In this document: positions 12,487 to 26,700 of the stretch, one piece after another
Position numbering within the stretch: position 1 is the first letter of the stretch
Layout of the letters: every line of letters begins with the position of its first letter
Origin: Trichoplax sp. H2
Lineage: Eukaryota
Assembly (NCBI GenBank): GCA_003344405.1
Contig: NOWV01000022.1
Coordinates: forward strand, 434,001-498,000
Length of the DNA: 64,000 bases
Direction of reading: 5' to 3'
The notes under the pieces: generated by a model
Seen by the model: the letters and a program-made list of their open reading frames with translations, nothing else
What the model was told of the DNA's origin: nothing
The model's database searches: none
Made by a program: the position numbers and the translations under genes

Positions 12487-15400
12487 TTAAACATTAGATT
12501 CATACTCAATATATGGATAGTATTCCAAACTTGCTAATCCATTAACAGTAATTCTTGTCTTTGATACATCCTCATCATTAACTTTAGTCTCGGCCGAAAA
12601 ATTACCTTCACTCTTCAAATTTTCGTTTTCGATCGCGCTGTATTTTGCAATATCACGATTCAAAAAATACCATGCTAAGCCAGAACAGACCGTAGAAAAG
12701 ATTTTCATGGTAGCTACAGCTCCAGCTAAACTGAAAGCTAAGGCAGTATTATCATAGATCCAGCAGAACTGTCTACTTCCACAATCTTCATTCCATAGCA
12801 TACACGCACTATCAATAAAATACCCTAACAAAATTGGACCTGGAGTGCTTGCTAAGAATTGAATAAATACCCACTGAACAGCTAGAGCTAATGCACGTTG
12901 ACTTTCTGGTACACATCTAAGAAAGGTAAATCGATTATTAAATCAAATATTGCTGTTTTAACTGCATAACAATATGAATATGTATCAAATAATGATTAAG
13001 GTGATAAGCAATTGTATATAAACGTTTTAAGAGCATATTAGTAGTTTCATTACAAAACGGTTAAATCTGTAACTAATAACAGTTTCCTATTCATTAATTA
13101 ACATTCTATCAATATATCGTCTTATTCATAGCTACTATCGCATGAAAATCGCTTTAGAGTAGCAGAACCTAACATCTATATATATAATAATCAATATCAC
13201 AATAATTTTATTTTGACTGATAAAATTTTTACCTGATAACGATCTGAAATGATGGTATAAAGCTGCAGTAAACTAGAAAAGAGAATAGTACACCAAAAGC
13301 TATGAAAGCTGGCAATGCTTTGCATGCACTCGGACAATAGCCAAGGATAGTTTGGCCTAAATTATCACTTTCCGCTGGTGTCGATACCACAGTTTTACTT
13401 AAACAATTGCATTCTTCGAATAACTAAAAGCCGAAAATGGTTATTTTTAAACAGCTTTAAATTATATTACTAAATCATCAATAATCATATTTATGCTTGC
13501 CAATGTAATAATAACCTACCACGCTGCCACGATTAATTCTAGTTTTTGATAGACACCCAGCATGGCATGGGGAAAAGTAAACTTTTCCTAGGTTGCGATC
13601 GCATACCGGTTTAAAGCTGACTGAGTTGCAGTGACAATTGCTATTGCAAGTAGCTGTTAAATTTGCAACCAATAGGATACTGCTATTATCAATCGAGTTG
13701 CTAATGTTCCTATCGTAAAATCGATTTGAATTAGAATTGCAGAAGCAGCTTACTATTAATTTATATAATAGTAATTCATAATCTATAGTATAAATTGTTA
13801 ATAATGCTTTATAGTATTCAGTTTAAATATTAAATTCTAAATTTATTCTTCCATGGTTAGTTTAAAAAATGATCTATAATTATCCAGTAATGCATAATAA
13901 TTATATCTTCGAAGGTTATAGATGTCCAACTTACATTTTGTGATCATATGCAGCGTTAATTCCAGCAATTTCGGTACTTGGACATCGAGCAATAAGAAAA
14001 CCTACTGCAGTTAAAATACTTAAAGCGGCTGATATGCAAGCAAGCTTTGCTAGAGCTAACACTTTTAGCTCTCTTAACTTGAACACCCATCCTCCCTATT
14101 GCGTAAAACATATAACATTATAAATGTAAACATCAAAGCTGAATACATGTTGGAGACTCAACCATCAAATTAAAAAATCAGTTATTAATTTATTTTTAAT
14201 CTATAACTAATGAATTTCTACTGATTCACGTAACCAGCTATCATCTACTGATCTTACATATTACATATATAATCTTTATTGCAATATTTCATGTCTACGT
14301 ACCAAAATAACTCCTATCAACATTCCTGCTATAACAATTACGCCAGAATATATATTTGCAGTTCCTGCCGTAATACCATATTGGGTTTCGATATATTTAG
14401 GAAAAAAGACCCCAACGGACGCTAATACAATTAAATGACCAACCAAGCTTAAGACAGTAAATAGAAACGGTAAATTGCAAATTAATTCCTTAACGGCTGG
14501 TATGAGATCCTTGAAACTTTTTCCATATTCTTTATCGACTCGTGATTTACCAACGGCTTGCAATATGCGTTTTTCCTTATATCGTTCATAATTAGGTAAA
14601 TGGCGAGGCATCCCTAGCAGTGGGATAGCTAAAATAATGCATACAGTACCAGCAAATGCGTAACCCACCCACCAAGCACCAATCCAACTCGGACTTTCAG
14701 GTGTTAAAGTTGGATCTAGTAACCGATGAACATTCGGAAATTAAAAGAAAGAGTAAAATATTACCAGTAGTAGCCATTAAATTACCGCTAAATGATCGTA
14801 AAATTACAGTTATATCAATATCGAAACAATTTATTAAATTATATCAAACTATAGTACAACATACACCTATTTCTATTTCTACTTAGAGTCAATTAATTAC
14901 ATACCGGTAGTCTAAGCAATATTATCTTGCTAATAATAATAAAATAAGGGGTTTAAACTATATTAAATTTCAGGACTTTTCTATTCATTAAGAATTAAAT
15001 TGGAGTTATAGGCTAATATCATTTACACAAGGGGTAAATGATAATCGTTACATCTGATTATAATGCATGGTAGCGGTGAAGTTGTCACAATTCATGACAT
15101 TCAATAATTTGGGAAAGATTAGAAGTTAAGTTTTTACTATCATGTCTCGAATTTTCCTTCTTGCTAATTAGCGTAGAAGAAATATCAAATAATAAAACTA
15201 AAACTAATTATGATAATATTATCAGATGTTCAATATTGGATCTACTGATAAAAGTAGTATAAAAATAAGCAAAAGCTAGTAGTCAATATGATCTAAATCT
15301 TTGTAATTATTAATTATTCTTATTGAAAGTTTTTTTATATCAATTTATAAAATTCCATGTCAATTTTCAATCAAGATAAGGGTAAGTAAAATTATGGCAT

Positions 15401-16488
15401 CAACTCTGTACTTCTTGAAAATGGAAAATTTAATTTATTCCTTCATGCGATGGCGACTAACATCGAAACAATTTTTAACTCAAGTGTATTGAATTTTATG
15501 ACCTTTAAATCAATATCTACCTCACAAGAGAGAAAGTAAAAGGCTCTTAAATACGACTCCTTTCGAACTAATTGATATATCGTCCTATGCTGCACTATTT
15601 CTTATACGATAACTTATTCAGATATTATGTAGTCGGAAGATGGGAAAGGATAATTTATATGCTACGCAAACGATTTTATTCACCTGGTAATTTTGTCGGC
15701 CACTCGCCATATATGTTAATGGCTACTCCACCAACTGCGAAGCCAAGAGCTGTACCAAGACCAATCATGGATAAATTGTATGCAGTATAGGCAGGAGATA
15801 TGGTAGGACTAACATTTTCATCTAAGTAAGACCATCCTAAAGTTCTCATAACAGATGTACCAGCACCAATAACAATAAATCCAATTGCAAAGAGAGCAAT
15901 ATATAAAGATTTATTAGCTATTTGACCGCCACAAATACCGGTTACAGTAGCAGCTTTTTCAAGACTACATAAATCTGTGGCACTGTTATTGCCACTATAA
16001 GAATCTAAGACCGAATAGGAATTGATCAAGAAATGAGGTAACATATAAATATAACATCCAAGGCCAGTCATGATAACAGTTACACCAATCCACTTGCCCT
16101 TGTGGGCATGAGCTCCTTTATGAGCAATTAAAACACCAAAGAAAGCTTGTGATACACTAAAACAAGCTGCAAGACCACCAATATCAAAACTGGTTAAACC
16201 AAAACCTTTCTGTAATGTACTAACGATACTAGAATCATAGCCAGAAGTAATGATACTATAAGTAAGTTGGCACATACCAACCAAGAAAGCTAAAAATTTA
16301 CGATGATTAAAGATTTGTAGCCAGCTTGGACGGAAGCAAAAACACCCATACTGTAGTTCTGACGAAGGATCAACTTCTTGTTGGCTATCTTCTCCGGCTA
16401 CTTTAGCGGTACCTTGATCCTCTTCCACTTGTAGATCATGACAGCTTTGTTTTTCTGCCATCTCTGTACTATGTTGATCTTCTCCCAT
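12487..16488 (-). CDS. SLCO/OATP family transporter, paralog C (more divergent, convergent with B), 6 exons, ~729 aa
   Basis: Exons (minus) 16488-15684, 14715-14303, 14095-13935, 13709(or 13700)-13520, 13423-13233, 12916-12487. Same intron positions and phases as A/B; ESPSWIGAWWVGY and VYFSPCHAGC motifs; C-terminus ESNV. Confidence 0.92.
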
Positions 16489-17319
16489 GTTAACAAAATA
16501 GAAATTATTGCACTCGATGATATAATAATCCTAAACTACGACAATATTTGCACCTGTTGGGTTATCGATCATTACCACAACAAGAACAAACTAATTTAAG
16601 AAAGATGATAGGAGTTTTATGTTTTTTAACTCTATCTTTTTAATTATTTCCCCCTACCTTATTGTACTCAAGCCGTAGGTAGTGCCCTATTTTAAATCCG
16701 ATGACCTACTGAATTAAATAGATTCACTGCTGGATATCCAAGGTAGATCATAATAACTTTGCCAACATAATAAACTTTAATAAAGATCGAAATAGACTTG
16801 TTTTTCTTTGCATTGTTTCAATAGGCTTAGCGGAAGATTCAATATCATACAATTTATGCAGTTTTAAGCTAAATAATTGATTAATATTTTCAATCAATCC
16901 ATTACTTAATTAGTATAGACCTTGTACAAAATTAGCGAAATTATTGAATCTCTATTTTAAATACATAGACAAGTTATGTCAAGACAGACAGTAGTCCTAC
17001 TGTGCTTCAGCTTTAACTCTATGGAAATATTATTAGGCAAGAACAGGATTAGCTATCATGCTGTTTATACGAGCTAGGACCCATTTTAATATTCTATTAT
17101 CTTCAGCAAAGGTCACATAAAGATTCTGCTTAATAACTACTGGCATTATTATCATTCTATCAAGATGATATGAATATACGGTCAAATTAATCGGTTAACC
17201 TTCTTCGATAATACTACCGGTACGTCTTAAAAATGAACTTTCTTGTATTGGGCATTGCTTGTACCCTGTCTGATATATAAATTAGAACGCCTACTCATTA
17301 TCACCATAACCTTTTCAAC

Positions 17320-17366
17320 TTGGGTATGACCTTAGATAGGGTTAGGGTTAGGTAGGTCATACCTAA
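17320..17366. repeat. 13-bp imperfect inverted repeat enclosing TTAGGG-like units
   Basis: TTGGGTATGACCT ... AGGTCATACCTAA flanking TAGATAGGGTTAGGGTTAGGT. Confidence 0.7.
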
Positions 17367-18369
17367 AGAGTTTAAAGTCTAAGTCTTGATAATCTTCGTA
17401 CTTATTCATGAGAAATGTTATTATATGAAAATATAATATCTGTAGACTATAATTTTATTTTCTAAAGTACAATGGTAACGGAGTTCAAGATTCCTCGTGA
17501 CCAGAGTTATAACTACAGTCATGATTAACTTTTTGTCAACTCATCTATCATAGTATAGAGGATAACAATTAAGTAGAGACAATCTTAATTCGGCTAACTA
17601 GACATGGGATAATTCTCAGTAAAGTGAAGGTCTCTTAAAAGCTTTTAGAAATTATAATTTTAAGGCTGAATGTCACACACCACTAGTGACAAAGTAGTCT
17701 ACGCACGCCAATCCTTGCAGAGAACGCCACTTACTAACTTAAAGAGGCGAGATTAGCTATATCACCAAATAATTCAGTTCCAACGACCGAATACTATGGT
17801 ATAATTATAGCGGCCCAGATAGTATAGACGAGAAAGTCAGAGATTTACTATCATTTAATACTGAAGAAATCTCGGCACCCAAGATTATAGACTTTACAAT
17901 TAAATATCAATCGAAAAACTAGTTGACGATCCAACCGACTAACTAACTAAAAAAGGGATCTTCAAGCACCAGCCTTTTATAGTCTCGTCAGAAACTCCTG
18001 GTGCACATAAAATAAAACTATCCTTTTAAAGTTACGCATCGTAACACTGAACCATATTATTTAGTCGGGATAAGGTCATGTTCATATTTCGTTGAACTTA
18101 AAATTATCTACCGTCAGATCTTTATAAGCAATTTTATAGCAATAAGAAAGAAAAATGCCAGATTCTGAAAAGCCTCTATAGTAAACATCGCAAAAACTTA
18201 GACAGATCGATTCTATAGAGAGTATACTGTGCAATACAGTATATCGCATCACACTTGGTTCCTGGATTTTATCAGCAATACTTTATACTTGTCTCTACAC
18301 TTAATCCTACAAAGTATCTGAAGAATGCTTATAAAACTACATTCCGCTAATGTAATCATCATTATTCGG

Positions 18370-19080
18370 CGGGCATAAATATCATTCGTTTTGCTATTGG
18401 CATATACAATTTATGCACCTTTGCACTACATTATTTCTGTACCAATAGAATTTCAATCATCATTCTCCGTAAATAGGTTAAAACTATAATCTGGCAAACA
18501 ACAATTATTGTCATGTAGTGAACGCAGGTGTTATTCTTTTGCTACTAGCCTATACATCTTTATATTAGATCATTTCGATATAAATAGCTTTCTCAGTCAT
18601 CACTCTTCACAAATAGTCTTACACTACAACCTGTCAAAAAAAATGCAGCGAGTACAAATAAATATCATTCTTTTTTGCGCTGTAGACATGCACTACTAAA
18701 TAACTATGGAGTATTTAGTATTTCATGTACAAGATTATTTCTGTGTAGACAGTTTCCTCAGTCATTACTCTTCACGAATAGTCTAAAACTACAAACTGCC
18801 AATGTTAATTATGCAGCAGGTACGAACACGTATCATTCTTTTGGCTACTGCTTTACATATCTTTATATTAGATCATTTCTCTATGGTTAGTTTTCTTAAT
18901 GATCACTCTTCGTAAATAGTCTAAAACTACAAACTTTCAAAATTATTTACTGGCATGAACTACCAAATATTTATGGTGTATTTAGCAGTCTATGCCTGAA
19001 ATCAATTCTGCGGGATAGCTCCTTCAGTCGTAATTTCTCCCCCCCCCAAAAAAAAGGCCGCCAAACTATACTATAAGTCA
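18370..19080. repeat. Degenerate tandem array (~140-165 bp units)
   Basis: TATCATTCTTTT(G)GC-like motif at ~18380, 18530, 18663 and 18831; ATCTTTATATTAGATCATTTC at ~18557 and ~18859; CTTC.. AATAGTCT.. ACTACAA at ~18606, 18770 and 18908. Confidence 0.65.
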
Positions 19081-20723
19081 AAATATGGAAGTATCAGCAT
19101 ACATAGAGCGCAAATATCACGATATTGAGTTTGTATAGCATTACTACTGTATGGAATAAGGAATTAAAACTACTATCTATCTCACTATACCATTTTAATC
19201 AAAGCCACCAATACGTAAAATTTCCCAAAGATTTATCTTGTTACGGCTAATAATGGCGACTATGTTGTTTGTCTAATTTACAACAAGCATCCAATAATGT
19301 TGCATCATAAGCAATTAATAATAGTATCATGTAGTGCTAATGACTCCATTGTAGGTATCAAAGCTATATTGCCGATGTAATTAATTACAATATGAACTTA
19401 ATTTCTGTAATAGTCGTCACGTTGATCTGTAACAGGCAATTACTTCATATTATTATTTTAAAAGCAATGCAAACTAATTAATCTATAAAAAAAAGACGAG
19501 AAATAATGATTATCCTATCGAAGAGGTGTTATCGAATCGTTGAAAATGGACTTTTAAAGAGGTACTAGCTATTCAACGTAATGCTAGAATAGAGCAAATA
19601 ATAGGCTTTCTCCTAAGCTGTAGTAGATTCGTACTACTTTATCTTTTTGACAGTTCTTACAGGGTAGAAATTGTAGATATAAACTCAATATGATATTTTA
19701 CAAAGATAGATCATCATTAAATTATTATTTTAAAACAATTTAAAAGGTCAAGCCTTTACGGCTTAATCATGCTAGCCTAAAATTAAAAGGTAGCTACGGT
19801 GTGCTGCTTGTACACAGAAATAAATAAGGTTTAAATAAATGTAAATCAGGCTGCTATAATAAAGTTAATTAGCATAAGGAGAGCCATGTCAATGGTTGAA
19901 AATTAAAATTGAGAGGATGGAAATCTTTTGCAAGTTACCAAGAAAAAATGGAAATATCGTGAACATATTGAATATTACAATAATATAAAGATGTGCAAAG
20001 ACAATATACGGTTCCAAAAGTTGTGAAAGCACTGCTAGAACGATGGTGAAATCGATTTATACCCATATCCAATCTTGGATTCGGCAATAATTCGATTTCT
20101 AATGACTGCATTTTAGTTAATTTTTATCCTACATCCTTTTATCAGTCGTCTTTATTTAGAAGATTTTAAACGTAATGACTTACATAGGAAAAAAAAGTCA
20201 GTTGGGACATGTTGAGTAAAAATAACATCCCCGGCTTTACGATGCTTAAAAATAACAATTCAAACAACTGAATCAATATTCATAAAGTAGTGAAAGTAAC
20301 AAATAAATTAATTAATATCATACATAATTATCGAACACAATCTTGACAGTTTTGATAATACAATCAATTCATATTGGATAGCCAACAACAAGTTACTTAT
20401 ATACTCAGTTAAAGCATGAACTATCTGCATAAAAATTTTAATAACATTTTTACCCCAACATTTAAGATATATTCTTATTAATCTTTTCCTTGATTATCTA
20501 TGTATAAGGCCATCACATAGTACCAAGCTATCTTACTGTGATCGCGATAAGTTGAACACAACATAAAAAGTGGATAATGGCCTACAATCTCTCGCAGATT
20601 GTTTGTAAATTTCTCTTTAAATTTTGCCAAAGTCTTTAACAGAGTTTTTCATTCCTCTAATTTACAACTTTTTCATCACTTTCAATTTCACCATGTTCAT
20701 CATCATCCATACAGCCATCTATA

Positions 20724-23700
20724 TTAGAGATGAATTTCTTTTTTTTTCGCTGAAGATGAGCCATTGCTAGATACTTTATCTTTATGATCGGCGAGATGAT
20801 AACCGTTTGTATCGCCATTTCTATCGCTATTTCTATAGGTAATATCAATATATTCCATGCTGAATTTAGTTGAATCCACATCGGTTATATTGTGTTCTCC
20901 AGAATTATGCGATCGATATTTAAATATAAGAAAGGTACCAATAGCTCCTAAAATGAGAACAACCACAATGACGATAGCAACAATAACGCCAGGATCAACA
21001 GTCTGAGCTACTGGTGGGGAAATGGAGCCAGAAGTTGCTGTAGGTCTAGTACTAGGAAAGGAAGACCAATAACTTGGTGGAGGTCGAGTTAATTTATCGA
21101 AGCAAACATTTTCATACACTCTACTGCTTGGATTTCTTCTATTAGTATGAATGATGATGTTCGATGGTCTACCAATATTGAATGCGATATCGAGAATACG
21201 AACAGAGGCAAAAGATACGTTATCCACACAGAAAGATGACGTAGGAGAGTTATTGATGTTGCCTAATCTGATCACGCCATTTTGTAAGCTAGAAATGGTA
21301 TTCACTTCGCTAGTATATAAAACCACTCCATCAACAGCTAGCGATCCATTCGACGGTACTATCGTCACATTATGTTTAACTCCATCATTAACAGTTAATG
21401 GCAGTTGAACGATAGCGCTATTAATGCTATACATTATACGACCATTGCGTAAACTAAAGCCTAAATAAATATTACTGGCATTGATAGTCATGAGAGCAAT
21501 ATCACTTTCTGTAGTGACAAATGAAAAGAGGATGTTATGATGTTGTTGGCCAGAGACAAAATTGACATTAGGTGATGTATATTGAATATAGCCATCTCCT
21601 GCAATGCTGGCACCCTTAACTAAAATAATTAAAAATTTAATTTTACATTTAATTTCACATTCAAAATTAGTGACCTTATAAGCTTCTATGATATAGTGTC
21701 TTTAAAGTAATAAAATAAGAACCACAGGTTCTTGTAAACTTCACTTTTTACATCAATTAGCTTCATCTTACAACTAACAAGGACTATCTAGTTGCAATCA
21801 GACTATCTAAATTATTACAGAAAAATTCACCATTTATATACAATTCGTCACAGAATGATTAATCTTGCACTCAAACACTTAGTTCTTCTATTCTCTTTTG
21901 ACCCTATAGAGTATAATCTTAACCTAATTTAGGCTACACTGCGGCTTCTTATTACGCCTACTTATTAAGATATTCTTAATCGTTTATACTAGGAAAATAC
22001 TATAGGGATAAAACATGATTTATGGCTTTCGTTAATTCGTTCATCACTATAGTTATCGTGTAAATTTCGTAAACGGTTTTAAGTCTATCTACGACTGTGA
22101 TATTACTAAATCGATCAAAATACTTTTCAAATTTCTTTAAAATAACTATTATCACTAATTTCAATTCCTATAGCTTGCAATAGCTATGATGTTTAAAACT
22201 ATATTATAGTAGTTTAGTAGGCAATATATTTTACTCCAAAAACAAATAGGATTCTCATAGTACAAGATATTCAATTTAATCTTACCATAACTACATGTTG
22301 ATCCTGTATAACTTGATTGAGAGCAATTGCATGTAAATGAAAACAAATCACCACTACATGGATTATTATGCTTGCATGGCTTATTATAACAGGCATCAGC
22401 ACATCCAGATCGGAGACCTTTTTGACCAGGTCTTGCAGCCAAATTAGGTAAATCGAGCAATTTATAATCGATGATTAAATCGCCAATGCAACCAGCAAAT
22501 CCTGTTTGGCTATTTATTGGTATATCAATCAATACATTAGCAAAATTGCACTATAAATCACGGAGTAATTAATTAAATAAATTTATTCTAATGGAATAAT
22601 TATAGTACATGAGCAATAAGTTGCTGGCAGATGATAAATTTACGCGTTCCAGTAACAAATTATAAATCATAAAGCAATTGACTAGTTGCATATCAATACA
22701 TGAAAGGGGCTGTATTTATCGACCTAAGGATGAAATAACCAGCTAATAAGTTCTAAATTGTGATGATATACAGTAATTTAATGCCTATAAAGTTCTTGAG
22801 AAATTGAAATGAGGTTAAAGACGTACAAAATTTTGAATGTTAATTGCACGTAAACACTAACAAAACTGATGGATAGCGGCAGTCAGTTATGATATTACGT
22901 GTATTTCATTACAGATATTGCCGTTTATGGACTAGTCATTTGCTTACCCAATTAAGTTAGAACCAATAATAAGTGGGCCATTGATGTTCGTAAATCGATG
23001 ATTTTGTATACCATGAAGATTAGTATGGTTTCGGATGGGCAAGCGATCGATTTGAAGAGACGCAATTCCAGGGAAAAACTGAATTTTAACCATATGCCAT
23101 TGATTATTATTAAAAAGTTGACCTTGTGATGGCCGGCGAACAACAATTTTACTATCGCTAACAGTATGGCCATAGTTATACCTCAATTCAAACTGGTCTG
23201 CAGACATTTTAATTGTAAAGTAATCAAAGGATAATCCTTTATAACTTAACAGCGTACCAGCAGATACTTGAGTTTTAAAATAAAATTGAATCGATGTTTT
23301 AAAATATTTTCCCCAGTCATTGATCAGTAGGCCATGAGTAGTGGACGATAGAGTAATGATATTACTCGGCTGAGCTAAAATATCAAAGGATAAAAAAGTA
23401 AAGAAATACTTTATAAAATGTACAGAAGTCGTTATTCATTTTGTTATTTTTCAATTAATAGAATTGCAAGTTTTGACTATCCTATAAAATTAAAAGTAAA
23501 TTGAAAATGAACCACGATCAAAGTACATTCCTATCTCAGTATGCGTTTATGCTTTACTTCTAGTTAGTTACTTTAGTTTATGAGTGTGAAATTGACAACG
23601 GTTATAGCTAGATATCATTAATTTGACTTTATACGATTGATAATGATCAATCTAAAGAAAAATCAAATCAAAAGAAAATAATTGGCAACTGTTCGATTTG

Positions 23701-26700
23701 CCTTATGACCAGATATTGTTAGTACGCGTATAGCATTTATAACATAAACGAAATTGGTAATCCATCTTAATAACAAACAGTAGTGCAAAAAATAAATTCT
23801 CAATAAACTCTAAATAAATTTAATGATCTACATGGAAAATAAGACAGACAGGACTAGATGAGAATAAAATCCTATAAGCGTAACTTGGCATGATATTTTC
23901 AATTTACCTGGTCCACTACAGATAAAATTGCCAATATCGTAGGAGGCAAAAGTTGAATTGGTTATTTGTGACAAGCCAAGGTGTAATTCTTTTATAGGTA
24001 AATATCTTTTGTCGTTTAATGTTCCTCTATCTTCTAGAACACGGTTAGCAAATGAATCGCAATTGCATGATTTATTTTTGTTATAGCAATTATTTACGAC
24101 GCCACATGCACATTTAGACGAATTTGATGGAGCTCCAGCCCAATTTTTCATTCTTCGACCATCTTGTGATATCCACCAGATATAAGGTTGTCCAGGTGAA
24201 TTAAGTAATAGTGCTTGTCTACAAGTAAAGCTAAGATCTTGACGACAACGATCTGATACTTTAGCCAAAGCAGATAATTGTTGAATTGAAATTGTATTTC
24301 CCCGTTGATTGATGTTATTCGTTGTAGCAAGATAGCCTAATGGAGTGACTGCTTTACCGGGCCCAACATTAGCCGCAATAGGACGTAAATTCCTCTGAAA
24401 AGTATTATTATGCGTAGCTACAGTATCGCTAGGTGATCTACCATCACAGTAGACTGTAAATGGCAAATTAGAACCATATGGACCATCTGGATCAATCATA
24501 TAATTATTGCTCAAATTTCTAGTATCACTTTGAAAGTGATCGTGGCATGATTTTTTATATCGATCTAGAATTGAAAAAGCAGAGAAAAAGTTATACATCT
24601 AAAATGCACGCATGCGAATAGTAAGTAGCTGAAAGAGAGTTGATTTTGAAGAGGCGTAAATTATAAAATACTATTACAAGTCATTACAGATAAATGGAAC
24701 CCATATTTCAATACAAATATTTTATATTTAGATTTATAGTAAAGATATAATAAAGAAATTTGTTGCGATAGGTCTCAATATGAATATTTCATATTTAGAT
24801 TTATAGTGAAGATACAGTAAAGGAATTGACTGCGAAATGTTTCAATACGGATATTTCATATTTAGATTTATAGTGAAGATACAACCAAGAAATTGGCTGC
24901 GAAAATACTTCAATAAAAATATCTCATATTTAGATCTATGGTAAAGATACAATAAAGAGGTTTGCCGTAGAATACTAGCTATTGGACTTTGAAGTCGAAT
25001 AATAATTATACAGTAATAGTAATCTAGGAGTCCAAACAGTACGTATACTGATAATATCATGAGCGGGATGTTGTACTTGTTATAATAAATTTAGGAAAAT
25101 TGGAAAATAGAATGCTAATCTTAACTATCATTGACTCTTACTATTATCTGTAAAAATGATCAGTTACAATAATCAGTCTATCAACAATTATTTCAATCAT
25201 AACATTTGAATAACTTACATAGATGGCAATATTGTCCTTGGTATGGCCTCGATATATCACAATCACATCGAAATGTATTATCTACCATACTACAGATGCC
25301 ATTATTAAAACAAGGTGAGACCGGATAGCACAAATTGGACACAGTGCAGCCATTTTTAATCACTGAATTTTTAGTAACATTGCCGTCATCAATATTGACA
25401 CGAACTTGATTAATCTTGATATCACGTATACATCCTTTAAAACCTGTCCCTGATGAACGACCAATAATGATGGTTGGCCTTGCAATTTGATCACTGCCAC
25501 GTAAAAATATTAATGCTTTACTTTTACCGTCTAAAGTTGCTGTAAAGCGATCATTAACAACATTCAATGTAAATTGATGCCAAACACCATCGGTAACACT
25601 GGTTTCAAAAAGGAAAATATCTTGTGTTCCAATAAATTTAACACTTAATTTACCAAATTCAATACTAACATAAAATGGATTCAGTTGCGTTGGTAATCGT
25701 GCTAAGGAGATTAACTCAATGCCAAACCCGTAATGGACAGTACGAAATGAAAAGGATAGGGTAAATGATGGTGATAGTGAATTAAATGTTATGTGTGATG
25801 ATGTATCCAAGAAAGTATAAGGTGTATAGATTGTTAATGCCGTACAACTAGTGGTAACATTACCGAAATTTATTCTAGACCAAAATTTCATAGCAGCATT
25901 ATTTGCTGGTAATGTTTGTTGGTCCACTACAATTTTGCCAATGCAACCGATTAAAAATGGACGTTGGGCGCTTGCCAAATCCGACGGAAGACCACCAGCG
26001 TAGATGATATTATCGAAGGGTGAGCCACGGTGTCCCATAGTAAAATTAACACTAGCACTTGTTGTTGTATCCACAGATAAATAGCCAGTGTACCCTGCTC
26101 TCCTGATAGTGATAGAATGCAAGTTATTATCACTGATATTTCCCGAATTATGGATCCAATTGGTTCTACCGTCCGGTGTTGTAAATCCATAACGTAGAAA
26201 TCCTTTCCATAATTGCAATGTAACACTGGATCGATCACGACCAACAGTATGCAGTACAAGACCATCGGTGGAAGATGTCGTTAATGATATCCTTAATGTA
26301 TGATTGCTACTATATTGGGATACAGTTGGTGCTACTTGCGATAAATACTGAACGTAGCCTTGGCCATCGAAAAAATCTAATTATAATGGAAGAAATTAAA
26401 AAATTAGTAATAAAGCAAACATTTATCTCTATTCATTTTGACTAACTTTATTGTAAAGAAGTAGCAGTAGGGCAGAATAAGATATAGTCGCCCTTATTAG
26501 AATCGATAATTAATAATCTTTCAGTGTACGTGTCCCTACTATTCCAACTGCGATATTAGATCCTTTTGAGCCCAATTCTCGCCCATAAGACAGAAAGCGT
26601 CCATTAATGACTCAATAATTGACAGAGGCATTAGTCTGAAAATTCATCTCATCTTGATAGTGATATGTTAAGCAATTCTCTATCAAATTGCCAACTAGTG

